A DNA stretch of 64,000 bases, taken from Dipteris shenzhenensis (Eukaryota). This document shows positions 61,601 to 64,000 of the stretch, one piece after another. The notes beneath the pieces are model-generated. The model had not been told where the DNA came from. It saw only the letters and a program-made list of their open reading frames with translations, and did not search any database. The stretch lies in the NCBI GenBank assembly GCA_047967505.1, contig CM106538.1, one strand, 5' to 3'. The stretch's first letter is position 1. Each line of letters starts with the position of its first letter. The position numbers and the translations under genes were made by a program.

Positions 61601-64000
61601 TAGCTTTGAAAACTTTGAAGTGCCCAAACACTTCACTTTTCTTTTTCATAAAATACACCCATAGTTTTCTGCTGAAGTCATCAATAAATGTGACAAAATA
61701 GTGACAGCCTCCAATAGATGCAGCTTTTGTAGTCCACACATCAGAGTGGATTAATTCCAATGGCTTTTTACTCTCTTGAACATGCCTAGGAAAAGGTTTC
61801 CTTGCCTGTTTCCCAAATTGACAGGCTTTACAAACCTTGTGCATTTCTGCAACCTTGAATTTAGGCAATCCTGCAACAATATTTTGGGCTTACATTGATT
61901 TTAGTCGCTGTATATTAACATGACCAATGCGTTTGTGCTAGATATCAATATCTGCAACTACACCGGTCCCATGTGCAAACATTGCTGCACTCAATTCAGG
62001 CATGTCTGCATCCAACGTAAACATCCTGCCCTTCTTCTTTCCTTTTGCTATCAAGCGACCATTATTTTTCATATCCTCAACAAAGCATCCATGAGGATTA
62101 AATCTAACCTGCAAGCCCTGCTCAACCATTTGACCAACAAAAACCAGGTTCTTGGTGATGTTCGGGACATGAAATACATCAGACAAGTATTTCTTTTTCC
62201 CATCCTGCATAGACAAAGGAATTTTGCCAATCTGCACAAGAGGATGTGCAGTATCATCACTAGTCTCCACAAATCCTGGTTTTTCCATTTTTCTTGCATC
62301 CTGCATCCATTCAGCGTGACCTGTCATGTGGTTTGACGCACCCGAGTCAACATACCACACATCATTGCTTTCTTCTGCACTTGTTACAGAATTTGTCATA
62401 TGCTGCACCATAAACAAATGCTCATTTCTGTCATCGCCTTGTCTACTAGAGGATGCATAATTGCCTTGCTGCAATTTTCCACTCATAATGTCATTCTGCT
62501 TTTTGTAGCAGTCTTTAGCCATATGACCCATTTTGCCACAATAGTAGCATTCAACATTGCTGTTTGCATTTTGGCTTCTCTGCCATCCACCACGGCCTCT
62601 TTGGCTCCCCCTGCCTCTAGAGTTACCACGTCCTCCTGCATAGGACTGGTTTTCTTGCGTTTGCTGCATATTCTGATTTCTACCACGGCCTGCAAATCGG
62701 CCTCCTCTACCTCTGCCTCTACCTCTGCCAGCATTTGAGTAGAAGACAGTTTCTTTTGAAGTTCCTGCTGAAGAAGATGCACCCCCATTTCTCTGCTCTT
62801 CAGAAATTAGAAGAGCAATCAACTCCTCAAAATCAGGAAAGTTTTCACGGACGGCAATGGATGTCCGGAAGTGTGCATAATCCTTTCCTAGACCATTCAA
62901 GGTCACAGAAACCAAATCATCATCATCCACTGGCGACCCAATGGAAGCAAGTGCATCTGCAATTTTCTTCACTTTCATGTGGTAGTCATTTATGCTCAAA
63001 TTTTCTCTCTGCACATTGTGCAACTCCTGTTTGAGTTGCATTTTCCTGGCTTGAGTATTTGTGCTATACATTTTTGCCAAAGTATCCCATGCCTCCTTTG
63101 GTGTATTTGCATCCTGAATATGCACAATCATGGAGTCCGAAATACTGATAGACAGCCAGTACATAACTTTCCTGGCTCTCTCATGCCATCCTTTGAATGC
63201 CTGCATTTCCTGTTGACTGGGAACATTAGGAAGAACAGGTTCTTCTTCATTTCCTGTAATGAATTCCCAATAGCCTTTTCCCATCAAGAAATTCGTCATT
63301 CTAAACTTCCATGCCTGGAAGTTATTCTTGTCAAGCTTTTCAGTGACAATCTGTGAAAGAGAATCAGATGCCATTACAAAATACTGCAAAATATTCTGTC
63401 ACTGCAAAAAAACACAGCTTTTGCCTCACACGGGCAGATCTACAAAACTGACAAAAGTGGTATTTCACCACACAGTCACTTTCTAGTGACGATTTTGCAT
63501 CAACAGGCAACAGGCATGAATCTGCAACTCCCAATATCTCTGCACACAGGCATACGATGCGATTTCTGCGGCACCTTTCCACCGACTAGTCGCGCAGTGG
63601 TCGTACAGCAAAAAACAAGGCCTTTTTCTGAGTGCCTGCAAAAAACTTCCGCCTTCAAAACGGGCCCCGAAACGGCCTCAAATACTGCGCTCTCGCCACA
63701 CCGCGAAGGGCGTCTCAATCTGAAACAGTGCACTCCTGCACTTCTGGCTGTGCTACCTGCAGAGATTTGCTCCCAATCTCGAAATAGGAAAGCAACACTT
63801 GTCCTCTTACCAGGACAGCACGAACTTGGCTTGCTTTCTTGAGCTCCTTACCAGGAACAAGGCTCTGATACCATGTGAAGATTGTGGGAGAGAGGGAAGG
63901 AGTCTCACTTGCGGCTTTCTCACATGCACAATGGGGGAATACACACTAAGGTGGAGGCTGAAAACAATTTTCCTCTTCTTAGTTGTGTAAGCCAAAAGAA
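58698..64000 (-). mobile_element. Ty1/copia LTR retrotransposon (3' LTR 58698-59049; 5' LTR from 63874 past the window end)
   Basis: PPT abutting 59049; PBS TGGTATCAGAGC at 63862-63873 (minus); LTR similarity; gag-pol homologous to 35600-39955. Confidence 0.95.
59010..63374 (-). pseudogene. gag-pol: Copia gag-pol with two in-frame nonsense codons (61938-61940 and 61890-61892)
   Basis: ORFs 61938..63389 and 59010..61868 share a frame: DI*HKRIGHVNIQRLKSM*AQNIV versus EIWHKRIGHVNIQRLKSMQTKNIV in the intact paralogue. Confidence 0.93.

Noticed and set aside
1-64000. tRNA, rRNA or snRNA genes
   Set aside because: None recognised; tRNA complementarity is limited to retroelement primer-binding sites.

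Overview
Eukaryotic, intron-containing and very transposon-dense land-plant DNA; a fern or other seed-free plant is an inference only. There are two host-type genes: an intact 5-exon PIP/NmrA-family reductase (308 aa, minus strand) and an R2R3-MYB with an apparent 1-bp frameshift in exon 1. LTR retroelements: an intact-ORF Ty1/copia whose 5' LTR lacks U3, a related copia with two nonsense codons, a truncated copy of that family, a gag-only (TR-GAG-like) element with a perfect 5-bp TSD, and gypsy and copia fragments. DNA elements: three copies of a ~250-bp MITE (14-bp TIR CTCGGGGGGGTCAC, 8-bp TSD) and several large decayed gene-rich elements. These include (i) a Sola-like (DUF7869-type) transposase lying divergently from a ParB/Srx-like plus methyltransferase-like gene, with arrays of palindromic repeats between them; (ii) a RAG1/Transib-like transposase next to a protein-kinase pseudogene; (iii) a second Sola-like element; and (iv) a RING / Ulp1-like / FCP1-like cassette preceded by an array of a perfect 18-bp palindrome. 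All domain calls are by-eye motif recognition and need HMM or structure confirmation.
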